Assembly: GCA_046155535.1 (NCBI GenBank)
Contig: JBJXFN010000008.1
Coordinates: 7,321 to 71,320 of the forward strand
DNA length: 64,000 nt
Origin: Burkholderiales bacterium
Lineage (GTDB): Bacteria > Pseudomonadota > Gammaproteobacteria > Burkholderiales > JACQAP01
Direction: 5' to 3'
Shown here: positions 54,798 through 64,000 of the stretch, one piece after another
How positions within the stretch are numbered: the stretch's first letter is position 1
How the letters are laid out: every line of letters starts with the position of its first letter
Translations under genes and position numbers: made by a program
The notes under the pieces: generated by a model
The model's input: the letters and a program-made list of their open reading frames with translations, nothing else
What the model was told of the DNA's origin: nothing
Databases searched by the model: none

Positions 54798-55680
54798 GCA
54801 TTGTGCTGCTGGCGGCCAGTTTGCCGGCGCACAAGGCTGCCGCAACCACCAACGCGCCACCCAGCCACTGGCGGGTGCTGATCACTTCCGCGGCCAGCAG
54901 GGTCGACGCAATGGCCGCCACCACAATTTCGGCAAGGAAAATCACGATCGCCTGATTGGCACCGACACGGCCCAGGCCGAACTGGACAACCGGATTCATC
55001 GAAAAAATCACCACCGCGACTACCGCAAGCAGCCATCCACTGTGCGCATCCAGAGACGTCACCGCTCGAATCGGATCTTCGAAGAAGACAATCACCGGCA
55101 GCGCCACCAGCGCGACCCCTGCAAATACGGCGACGGATTTGGTCATTTCGTCCACATCGCCCAACTTTCGGCTTAGTACATTGGACATTGCGAATGCCAT
55201 GCCTGCGCTCAGACCCAACCACTCGGCCACGGTCGTTGGCCAGGGAAAACCCGCATTTGGCCGCCACAACATGATCAGTGCCCCGCATAAAGCCAGTCCC
55301 ACCACCGCATATCCGTAGACGCCAGGGCGCTCGCCGAGAATCCAGCGCGCAAACAGGACGGTCCACAGGGGTGCAAGGTAAAACAGCAGCATGACAGTCA
55401 TGACTTCGCCCCGCAACGCCGCCAGGATATAGGCGAGATTGCACCACCCCGCGCTTGCCGCAACGGCCAGCAGCAGGAGCGGTCGATGACGAAACATCCC
55501 CGGACGCCCGCGCAGCAGAAATATGCCCGCGATGAAACCTGGCCCGTAAGTCAGGAAGCTGGCCATGGCGCCGCCGATGCCGGCATCCTCCAGCGCGCGG
55601 TATGGATACCAGATCAATCCCCACACCAGCGCCCCGGTAAAAAGCGAGGTCACCGACAAAATGTAGTTCTTGTTTGCCAT
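54703..55680 (-). CDS. DMT superfamily (EamA-like) transporter
   Basis: Has about ten hydrophobic segments in two repeats, typical of EamA. The Pro/Ser/Ala-rich C-terminal tail overlaps the 3' end of the convergent queF by 95 nt. Confidence 0.8.
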   Translation of the reverse strand: MANKNYILSVTSLFTGALVWGLIWYPYRALEDAGIGGAMASFLTYGPGFIAGIFLLRGRPGMFRHRPLLLLAVAASAGWCNLAYILAALRGEVMTVMLLFYLAPLWTVLFARWILGERPGVYGYAVVGLALCGALIMLWRPNAGFPWPTTVAEWLGLSAGMAFAMSNVLSRKLGDVDEMTKSVAVFAGVALVALPVIVFFEDPIRAVTSLDAHSGWLLAVVAVVIFSMNPVVQFGLGRVGANQAIVIFLAEIVVAAIASTLLAAEVISTRQWLGGALVVAAALCAGKLAASSTMPSARSVDNIPAAAPSPVPASSLSSDVPRPPT

Positions 55681-55766
55681 TCGAGGACCTTATAATTCGC
55701 CCGCCAATTTCGACCGGAGCCAATCCGCAGCCAAACGCCACTCAGGCGCCCGCGTAATCTCTCGGC

Positions 55767-56960
55767 ATGAATCCTCACCTGAACTCCCTGCAGCCGTATC
55801 CGTTCCAGAAGCTGGCAAACCTGCTTGCCGGCGTGAAACCTGCGAGCCCGCCCAAACCGATCAATTTGTCGATCGGCGAACCCAAACATGCCACGCCGGA
55901 TTTTATTCGCGAGGCGTTGACCGGGCATTTGTCAGGACTGTCCAGTTATCCCGCCACGGCGGGTGCCGAAAGTCTGCGCCGCGCCATTGCTGCGTGGATT
56001 CAGCAGCGTTTCGCGGTCAGGGATATTGATCCGCTTCGCCAGGTCGTACCGGTCAACGGCAGCCGGGAAGCCTTGTTTGCCTTTGCCCAGGCCGTAATCG
56101 ACACATCCGGCCCGCGCCCCGTTGTAGTGTCGCCGAATCCCTTTTATCAGATTTACGAAGGTGCGGCACTGCTGGCAGGCGCCCAGACCGAGTTTCTGAA
56201 TGGATTTCCAGAAAATGGCTTCGCTTTCGATCCGTCGCAGTTGCCCGCAGAGACCTGGTCGCGAACCCAGTTGATCTACGTCTGTTCGCCGGCCAATCCG
56301 ACTGGTAACGTCATGACATTGGCGGACTGGGAAAACTTGTTTCGCCTGTCGGATCGGCATGGTTTCGTGATCGCCTCCGATGAGTGTTATTCGGAAATCT
56401 ATTTTTCCGAAGGCCATGCGCCGCTGGGCGGCCTGGAAGCGGCCGCACGGCTCGGTCGCACGGATTTCAGGCGCCTGGTGGCCTTTTCCAGTCTGTCCAA
56501 GCGGTCCAACGTTCCAGGCATGCGCTCCGGTTTTGTTGCCGGCGACGCCGGGATCTTGGAGAAATTTCTGCTTTACCGCACTTATCACGGTTGTGCGATG
56601 AATCCGGCCGTGCAAGCCGCCAGCGAAGTCGCGTGGCGGGACGAAACCCATGTGCAGGAGAACCGCCGCCTGTACCGGGAAAAATTCGAGAAAGTGGCTG
56701 CCATCCTGTCGGGCGTGGCCGAAATCAATCTGCCCCAGGCGGCCTTTTACCTGTGGCTGCGCACCCCGATTCCCGACCCGGAGTTCGCTAAACGATTGTT
56801 CAACCAATATAATGTAACGGTTCTCCCCGGCAGTTTTCTGGCCCGGCAGGCGCGCGGGGTCAATCCCGGCGAGAACTTTGTGCGCATCGCGCTGGTGGCA
56901 TCGGTCGAGGAATGTGTGGAGGCCGCGCACCGGCTGCGGGAATTCTTTTTGGCAATCTGA
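55767..56960 (+). CDS. dapC: Succinyldiaminopimelate transaminase
   Basis: Has 'LQPYPFQKL', 'SIGEPKH', 'SPANPTG' and the PLP-Lys motif 'FSSLSKRSNVPGMRSG'. It is adjacent to dapD. Confidence 0.9.
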   Translation: MNPHLNSLQPYPFQKLANLLAGVKPASPPKPINLSIGEPKHATPDFIREALTGHLSGLSSYPATAGAESLRRAIAAWIQQRFAVRDIDPLRQVVPVNGSREALFAFAQAVIDTSGPRPVVVSPNPFYQIYEGAALLAGAQTEFLNGFPENGFAFDPSQLPAETWSRTQLIYVCSPANPTGNVMTLADWENLFRLSDRHGFVIASDECYSEIYFSEGHAPLGGLEAAARLGRTDFRRLVAFSSLSKRSNVPGMRSGFVAGDAGILEKFLLYRTYHGCAMNPAVQAASEVAWRDETHVQENRRLYREKFEKVAAILSGVAEINLPQAAFYLWLRTPIPDPEFAKRLFNQYNVTVLPGSFLARQARGVNPGENFVRIALVASVEECVEAAHRLREFFLAI

Positions 56961-56969
56961 AACCGGGAA

Positions 56970-57800
56970 ATGGAAAGCATGACGGAACTGCAGACGCTCA
57001 TCGAACAGGCCTTTGACAATCGCGCCAGTATTTCACCGCGCTCGGCGGCTCCCGAAGTCCGGGACGCTGTTGCGCGCGTGATCCGGGAACTGGATTCGGG
57101 AAACCTGCGTGTCGCGGAAAAACGCGATGGCGCGTGGATCACCCACCAATGGCTCAAGAAAGCCGTACTGCTGTCGTTTCGACTGGAAGACAATCATGTC
57201 ATCCGCGATGGCTACACGAATTATTTCGACAAGGTCCCGGCAAAATTCGCGGACTACGGCGCCGAGGATTTTGCCGCGGGCGGATTTCGGGTGGTCCCAC
57301 CAGCGGCAGTGCGCGCCGGCGCCTACATCGGAAAAAACGTCGTGCTGATGCCTTCGTTTGTCAACATCGGGGCCTATGTGGACGAAGGCACCATGGTCGA
57401 CACCTGGGCCACCGTGGGTTCCTGTGCACAGATAGGCAAGAACGTGCATCTGTCCGGTGGTGTGGGCATTGGTGGTGTGCTGGAGCCGATCCAGGCCAAT
57501 CCGACCATCATCGAGGACAACTGCTTTATTGGCGCCCGGTCCGAAGTCGTGGAAGGCGTGGTGGTAGGAGAAGGCTCCGTGATCTCGATGGGTGTTTACA
57601 TCGGACAGAGCACGCGCATCTACAACCGCGAAACCGGTGAAATCCTTTACGGGAAAATTCCGCCGGGCTCCGTGGTGGTGTCTGGCAACCTGCCCTCGCC
57701 GGACGGACGCTACAGCCTGTACTGCGCGGTCATCGTCAAGCGCGTGGATGCGCAGACCCGCGCCAAGACCAGCATCAACGAACTGCTTCGCGGGGTGTAG
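56970..57800 (+). CDS. dapD: 2,3,4,5-tetrahydropyridine-2,6-dicarboxylate N-succinyltransferase
   Basis: '[32 protein letters not shown]' is nearly identical in pattern to E. coli DapD. Left-handed beta-helix hexapeptide repeats follow. Confidence 0.95.
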   Translation: MESMTELQTLIEQAFDNRASISPRSAAPEVRDAVARVIRELDSGNLRVAEKRDGAWITHQWLKKAVLLSFRLEDNHVIRDGYTNYFDKVPAKFADYGAEDFAAGGFRVVPPAAVRAGAYIGKNVVLMPSFVNIGAYVDEGTMVDTWATVGSCAQIGKNVHLSGGVGIGGVLEPIQANPTIIEDNCFIGARSEVVEGVVVGEGSVISMGVYIGQSTRIYNRETGEILYGKIPPGSVVVSGNLPSPDGRYSLYCAVIVKRVDAQTRAKTSINELLRGV

Positions 57801-57862
57801 GCGCAACCACCGTCCGGAGCACCTGTCGCGACATCCCTGCAACTGAAAATATCGAGGCCCAC

Positions 57863-59032
57863 ATGTTCCTGACCCCCTTGTTCAAGCTGATGGCGGAAAA
57901 ACAGGCGTCCGATTTGTTCATTTCGGCGGGCGCCCCGGTGTCGATCAAGATTCTCGGCACCATCATGCCGGTGAACCAGCAGCTCATCGATCCCGAGACG
58001 TCGCGCAAGGTTGCCTACGAATTGCTGAGCGACAAGCAGATCCGGGAATTCGAAGAAACCATGGAGCTGAATTTCTCCTATGTCGTTGCGGACACAGGAC
58101 GCTTCCGGGTCAACGTCTTCCGCCAGCGCGGCGCGGTGGCGATGGTCGTGCGATATCTGCGCAGTGGCACTCCGGGCATCGAAAAACTCAAGCTGCCGGC
58201 CATCCTCAAGGATCTGGTGATGGAAAAACGCGGCTTTGTCCTGGTGGTCGGTTCCACCGGCTCGGGCAAATCCACCACGCTCGCCGCCATGATCGAACAC
58301 CGTAACGCGCTCAAGCCCGGACATATACTCACCATCGAAGATCCGATGGAATTTGTGTTCCGCAACGACAAGTGCGTGATCAACCAGCGCGAGGTTGGCA
58401 CCGACACGCGCAGTTACGGGAATGCCCTCGTCAATGCCATGCGCGAAGCGCCGGACATGATGATGATCGGCGAAATCCGCGACCGCGAGACCCTTCAGCA
58501 CGCCCTGCTTTATGCCCAGACCGGCCACCTTTGCCTGTCCACCCTGCACGCCAACAACAGCTATCACGCGCTGAACCGGGTCATCAATTTTTTCCCCTAT
58601 GACGCCCGCACCTCGCTGCTGTCCGACCTGTCGATTAGCCTGCGCGCCATCATCTCCCAGCGGCTGGTCAAAGCCAACGACGGCACGCTGGTGGCGGCGG
58701 TGGAGGTCATGCTCAACACCAAACACGTTTCCGAACTGATCAAGACCGGGGAAATCGAGCAAATCCGCGAGGCCATGGAACAAAGCCTCTCGCCCGGCTC
58801 CAAGACTTTCGAACAGGCATTGTTCGAGCTTTACATGGCAGGCACGGTATCCAAAGACGAGGCGCTGAAGAATTCCGACTCCTCAACCAACCTGTCCTGG
58901 TTGATCAACAATTTCGAGCAAAAAGCTTCCGGCAAGATCGGTGAAAGCCCGACCGGCCGCGTGATGGTCAAACCCGGTGCCGGTTATTCGTTCAGCGAAA
59001 TCAAACTGAACGTCGATTCCGAAAAGAGCTGA
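57863..59032 (+). CDS. pilU: PilT/PilU family type IVa pilus retraction ATPase (PilU-like)
   Basis: Has 'LMAEKQASDLFISAGAP', Walker A 'GSTGSGKST', 'ILTIEDPMEF', 'MMIGEIRDRET' and the 'GHL..STLHAN' His box. Confidence 0.85.
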   Translation: MFLTPLFKLMAEKQASDLFISAGAPVSIKILGTIMPVNQQLIDPETSRKVAYELLSDKQIREFEETMELNFSYVVADTGRFRVNVFRQRGAVAMVVRYLRSGTPGIEKLKLPAILKDLVMEKRGFVLVVGSTGSGKSTTLAAMIEHRNALKPGHILTIEDPMEFVFRNDKCVINQREVGTDTRSYGNALVNAMREAPDMMMIGEIRDRETLQHALLYAQTGHLCLSTLHANNSYHALNRVINFFPYDARTSLLSDLSISLRAIISQRLVKANDGTLVAAVEVMLNTKHVSELIKTGEIEQIREAMEQSLSPGSKTFEQALFELYMAGTVSKDEALKNSDSSTNLSWLINNFEQKASGKIGESPTGRVMVKPGAGYSFSEIKLNVDSEKS

Positions 59033-59040
59033 TTGCCTGA

Positions 59041-61090
<2,050 letters not shown>

Positions 61091-61993
61091 TTTCGGCAGG
61101 CTCCGGGGCGGTAGCATTGCCCGCCCACTCGAGCAATTCGCTGATTTCCGCTTCCTTGAGTTCGATCCAGGTTCCCCGCTTCAGGCGCGGCGGCAGGCTC
61201 ACCATGCCAAATCGCACCCGCATCAGGCGGCTCACCTGGATGCCCAGAGCTTCGAACATTCTGCGCACCACCCGGTTGCGGCCTTCCCGCAAGACCAGCC
61301 GGTACCAGCGGTTGCGGCCTTCGCCGCCGCTTTCCTCGAGCAGATCGAATTTGGCTTCCCCATCCGAGAGCTGCACGCCCTTCCTGAGTTCGGCGGCGTG
61401 TGCCGGGGACAACTGCCCGAACAGGCGCACCGCATATTCGCGTTCGACTTCGAAACGCGGATGCATTAATCGGTTCGCCAACTCTCCCGAGGTCGTGAAC
61501 AGCAACAAACCCCCGGTGTTGAAATCCAGCCTGCCAACCGCCAGCCATTTGGCGCTGCGAATCACCGGCAGCTTTTCGAACACGCTGGGACGTCCTTGTG
61601 GATCATCGCGACTGACGATTTCTCCTTCGGGTTTGTGATACACAATGACCCGCGGCAATTTCGAGGTGACTTTGAATTTGATCTGGCGCCGTCCGATCTG
61701 GATTAAATCGTCCGTGGTCACGCGCGCGCCGAGCAGCGCCACTTCGCCGTTGACCTTGACCTTGCCGGCCTTGATCATTTCCTCCATGCCGCGGCGCGAT
61801 CCCAGTCCGGCCTGCGCCAGAACTTTTTGCAGTTTCTGGGATTTCGGCACGGCCGGTGTTGCGGCAGTGCGTGGCAACTCCTGGCGCGGCCGCGTGGCGC
61901 CCGGTTTTTTTGTCTTTTTGGCGACCGCCGGTGCGCTGCGCGGCGTGCGTCTCGGGGACAGGCGCCGCTTGGTGCCTTCTGCAGGAACATCCG

Positions 61994-62593
61994 TCATAAG
62001 GCGGCTCTCCGTTCGATGATGGCCTGGGCCAGGGTGCCGCTATCCACATGTTCGAGTTCACCGCCCACCGGCAGGCCGCGGGCGATACGACTGACCTTCA
62101 TGCCGCGTGCGCGCAGTAATTCACCCGCATAGTGCGCGGTGGCCTCGCCTTCGGCGGTGAAGTTCGTGGCCAGAATGGTTTCCTTGACGCTGCCGTCAAG
62201 CGCTCGTTTGATCAGACGGTCCAGATGTATATCCTTGGGACCGATGCCGTCCAGCGGCGAGAGTTTTCCCATCAGCACAAAATACATGCCGGAATAGGCT
62301 TGGGACTGCTCCATCATCAGTAAATCAGCGGGAGATTCCACCACACACAAGAGCGACGGGTCGCGCCGTGCGGAACTGCACAGCTCGCACACCGCCTGTT
62401 CGGTGAAATTGTTGCAACGGTCGCAGTGCCTCACGCGCTGCAATGCCTGCATCAAGGCATTTCCGAGCCGCTGGGCGCCTGCATGATCGCGCTGCAGGAG
62501 ATGATAGGCCATGCGCTGCGCCGATTTCGGTCCGACACCGGGCAGGCAGCGCAAGGCTTCGATCAACTCCTCGATGGTGGTGGGTGTCTTCAC
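61994..62593 (-). CDS. recR: Recombination protein RecR
   Basis: Has HhH '[20 protein letters not shown]', a C4 zinc finger '[16 protein letters not shown]' and a Toprim domain. The GTG at 62593 gives '[14 protein letters not shown]', about 199 aa as in homologues. The alternative TTG at 62635 (AGGTG 7 nt upstream) would add 14 aa. Confidence 0.9.
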   Translation of the reverse strand: MKTPTTIEELIEALRCLPGVGPKSAQRMAYHLLQRDHAGAQRLGNALMQALQRVRHCDRCNNFTEQAVCELCSSARRDPSLLCVVESPADLLMMEQSQAYSGMYFVLMGKLSPLDGIGPKDIHLDRLIKRALDGSVKETILATNFTAEGEATAHYAGELLRARGMKVSRIARGLPVGGELEHVDSGTLAQAIIERRAAL

Positions 62594-62594
62594 G

Positions 62595-62643
62595 CGTGAA
62601 AGGTGAAAGGTGAACGGTGAATGGCTAATGGGCAACGGCCTAC
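62595..62643. repeat. Degenerate heptanucleotide tandem repeat (GGTGAAN)n
   Basis: The plus strand reads 'cgtgaaa ggtgaaa ggtgaac ggtgaat ggctaat gggcaac ggcctac': four good copies plus about three decayed copies, with strict 7-nt phasing. It lies directly upstream of, or overlapping, the recR start. Confidence 0.7.
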
Positions 62644-62672
62644 ACCTGGGCCGTTCACTGTTCGCGATGCAC

Positions 62673-62999
62673 TCAGAACGGCAGTTTCATTCCAGGCGGC
62701 AATCCGAAGCCGGAGGTCAGCCCGCCCATTTTTTCCTGCGTCGCGACTTCGACTCGGCGCACCGCATCATTGACCGCGGCAGCAACCAGATCCTCCAGCA
62801 TGTCCTTGTCGTCGGTCATCAGGCTCGAGTCGATACTGACACGTTTGACATCGTGCCGCCCGGTCATCGTCACTTTGACCATGCCGGCGCCGGATTGCCC
62901 TTCCACCTGCATCGCGGCAATCTCCTCCTGCGCCTTTTTCAGATTGTCCTGCATTTGCTGGGCCTGCTTCATCAGCCCGGCCAACTGTCCCTTCATCAT
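62673..62999 (-). CDS. ybaB: YbaB/EbfC family nucleoid-associated protein
   Basis: 108 aa: '[26 protein letters not shown]...' ending '[10 protein letters not shown]'. Synteny is dnaX-ybaB-recR. Confidence 0.95.
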   Translation of the reverse strand: MMKGQLAGLMKQAQQMQDNLKKAQEEIAAMQVEGQSGAGMVKVTMTGRHDVKRVSIDSSLMTDDKDMLEDLVAAAVNDAVRRVEVATQEKMGGLTSGFGLPPGMKLPF

Positions 63000-63014
63000 G
63001 ACGGGTTCCCTCGA

Positions 63015-64000
63015 TTATGTCGGTTTGATTGACGAATCCCTGACCCGGGCGTCGAACGTCTCCACCAGGTCTCGGACAAACGGATCGGAATCGATAGACT
63101 CCATGGCGGCCGCCAGTTTTGTCCGTCGTTCCTGGTCTTCCAACTGCGCGGGGCTGTTCACCGCGGTCCCCACTTTCACCGTCAAGCGCACTTTCTGCCG
63201 GAAGTATTCTTCCAGCGCGACCTGCAATTTGTCCACGTAGGCTTTCTCGACCAGATGCTTGTGGGCTTCGGCAATGGTCAATCCCAGGCGGCTGTCCTCC
63301 AGGCTGTGAAACTCACAATGATCGGCCAGCATGCGTGCCATGCCCCCAATTTTCAGCCGCGTCAGCAATTCCCGCCAGTTCGACAATTCGGATTCCATCG
63401 GTTCGCCCGCAACCGGCGTGGCGGGCGCTGGAGCCGTTGCCGCTGGATTTTCTTTTGCGGACTGAACGGAGATTTTCTGCGCCGGGGCGGCACGCACACC
63501 AGGCGTGTCGCCAGGCTCGATCGGGGCAAAGGCCAGCATGCGCATCAGCGTCATGCTGAATCCTGCAAAATCGTCGGGCGCAAGCCCGAGATCGCGCCGG
63601 CCGAGCAAGGCAATCTGATAGTGAAGTTGCAGTTCTTCCGGCGAAAACGCCTGCGCCAGTTCCTGCAAGTCGGCGCGTTCTGGGTCATCCTCCTGCAGCG
63701 TTTCAGGCAGCGTCTGCGCCAGGGCGATGTTGTGTAACAGGGTGGCCAGTTCCTGCAAGGCGGATTCAAATGACAGGCTCCTGGACGCCATACTTTCAAT
63801 TTCTTTCAACATGGCGGGGCCATCGCTGCGTGCCACCGCGCGCAGCAGCTCGTACAGATATCTGCGATCCACCACGCCGAGCATCTCGCGCACCGGCTGC
63901 TCCGCGACTTTGCCGGCCCCGTGGGCGATCGCCTGATCGAGCAGTGACAGCGCATCCCGCAGACTGCCCTGCGCGGCCCGCGCCAACAGATTCAGCGCAC
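63015..64000 (-). CDS. dnaX: DNA polymerase III subunit gamma/tau (3' part; 5' end beyond window)
   Basis: 'AQGSLRDALSLLDQAIAHG' (end of the AAA+ lid/domain III), followed by a Pro/Ala-rich linker and tau-type C-terminal domains. The ORF continues past position 64000. Confidence 0.9.
   Translation of the reverse strand, partial: ALNLLARAAQGSLRDALSLLDQAIAHGAGKVAEQPVREMLGVVDRRYLYELLRAVARSDGPAMLKEIESMASRSLSFESALQELATLLHNIALAQTLPETLQEDDPERADLQELAQAFSPEELQLHYQIALLGRRDLGLAPDDFAGFSMTLMRMLAFAPIEPGDTPGVRAAPAQKISVQSAKENPAATAPAPATPVAGEPMESELSNWRELLTRLKIGGMARMLADHCEFHSLEDSRLGLTIAEAHKHLVEKAYVDKLQVALEEYFRQKVRLTVKVGTAVNSPAQLEDQERRTKLAAAMESIDSDPFVRDLVETFDARVRDSSIKPT

Noticed and set aside
54794-55741. 315-aa ORF on the same strand as the EamA transporter but in another frame
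   Set aside because: Its product is Gly/Arg/Cys-rich and non-membrane-like. The alternative frame gives ten clean hydrophobic helices, so that frame is the real one.
63440-63480. Possible dnaX programmed -1 frameshift site (gamma subunit)
   Set aside because: I looked for an A-AAA-AAG slippery heptamer on the coding strand in the linker region. Only 'GCA AAA GAA AAT' is present, with no slippery site and no downstream hairpin.

Overview
This window reads as a dense, syntenic stretch of core chromosome from a GC-rich Gram-negative bacterium. Gene order suggests a betaproteobacterium, which is an inference from synteny only. I support about 62 protein-coding genes, 4 tRNAs, and a few promoters, terminators and small repeats.

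Main blocks:
- rpoE-rseA-rseB-degQ/mucD, followed by lepA-lepB-DUF4845-rnc-era-recO-pdxJ-acpS-nagZ.
- uvrC-pgsA, followed by tRNA-Gly, tRNA-Cys and tRNA-Leu, the same neighbourhood as in E. coli.
- On the minus strand, yceD-rpmF-plsX-fabH-fabD-fabG-acpP-fabF-mltG-tmk-holB-tatD.
- rluC divergent from rne.
- uvrB divergent from an AspC/TyrB-type aminotransferase, then tRNA-Asn, map and glnD.
- On the minus strand, smc-zipA-ligA-galU-hpt-mtnP-def.
- queF, then dapC-dapD-pilU-dapE-prmB.
- On the minus strand, dnaX(partial)-ybaB-recR-rluB.

I found no rRNA, CRISPR array, IS element, integrase, prophage or recognisable defence island. Many ORF-track entries are over-extended at the N-terminus or are long antisense or out-of-frame ORFs typical of GC-rich DNA. 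I corrected starts where homology to well-known families and the local sequence allowed.

I do not see a convincing novel multi-gene system here. The findings are small-scale oddities:
- a sharply AT-rich, rare-codon patch inside smc;
- a prepilin-like N-terminus on the DUF4845 protein next to lepB;
- an intrinsic terminator abutting the lepA start codon;
- a near-consensus promoter only about 10 nt from the yceD ATG;
- a heptanucleotide tandem repeat at the recR start;
- two convergent gene overlaps;
- several ambiguous non-ATG starts.

All functional calls come from reading translated motifs by eye. No database search was run.
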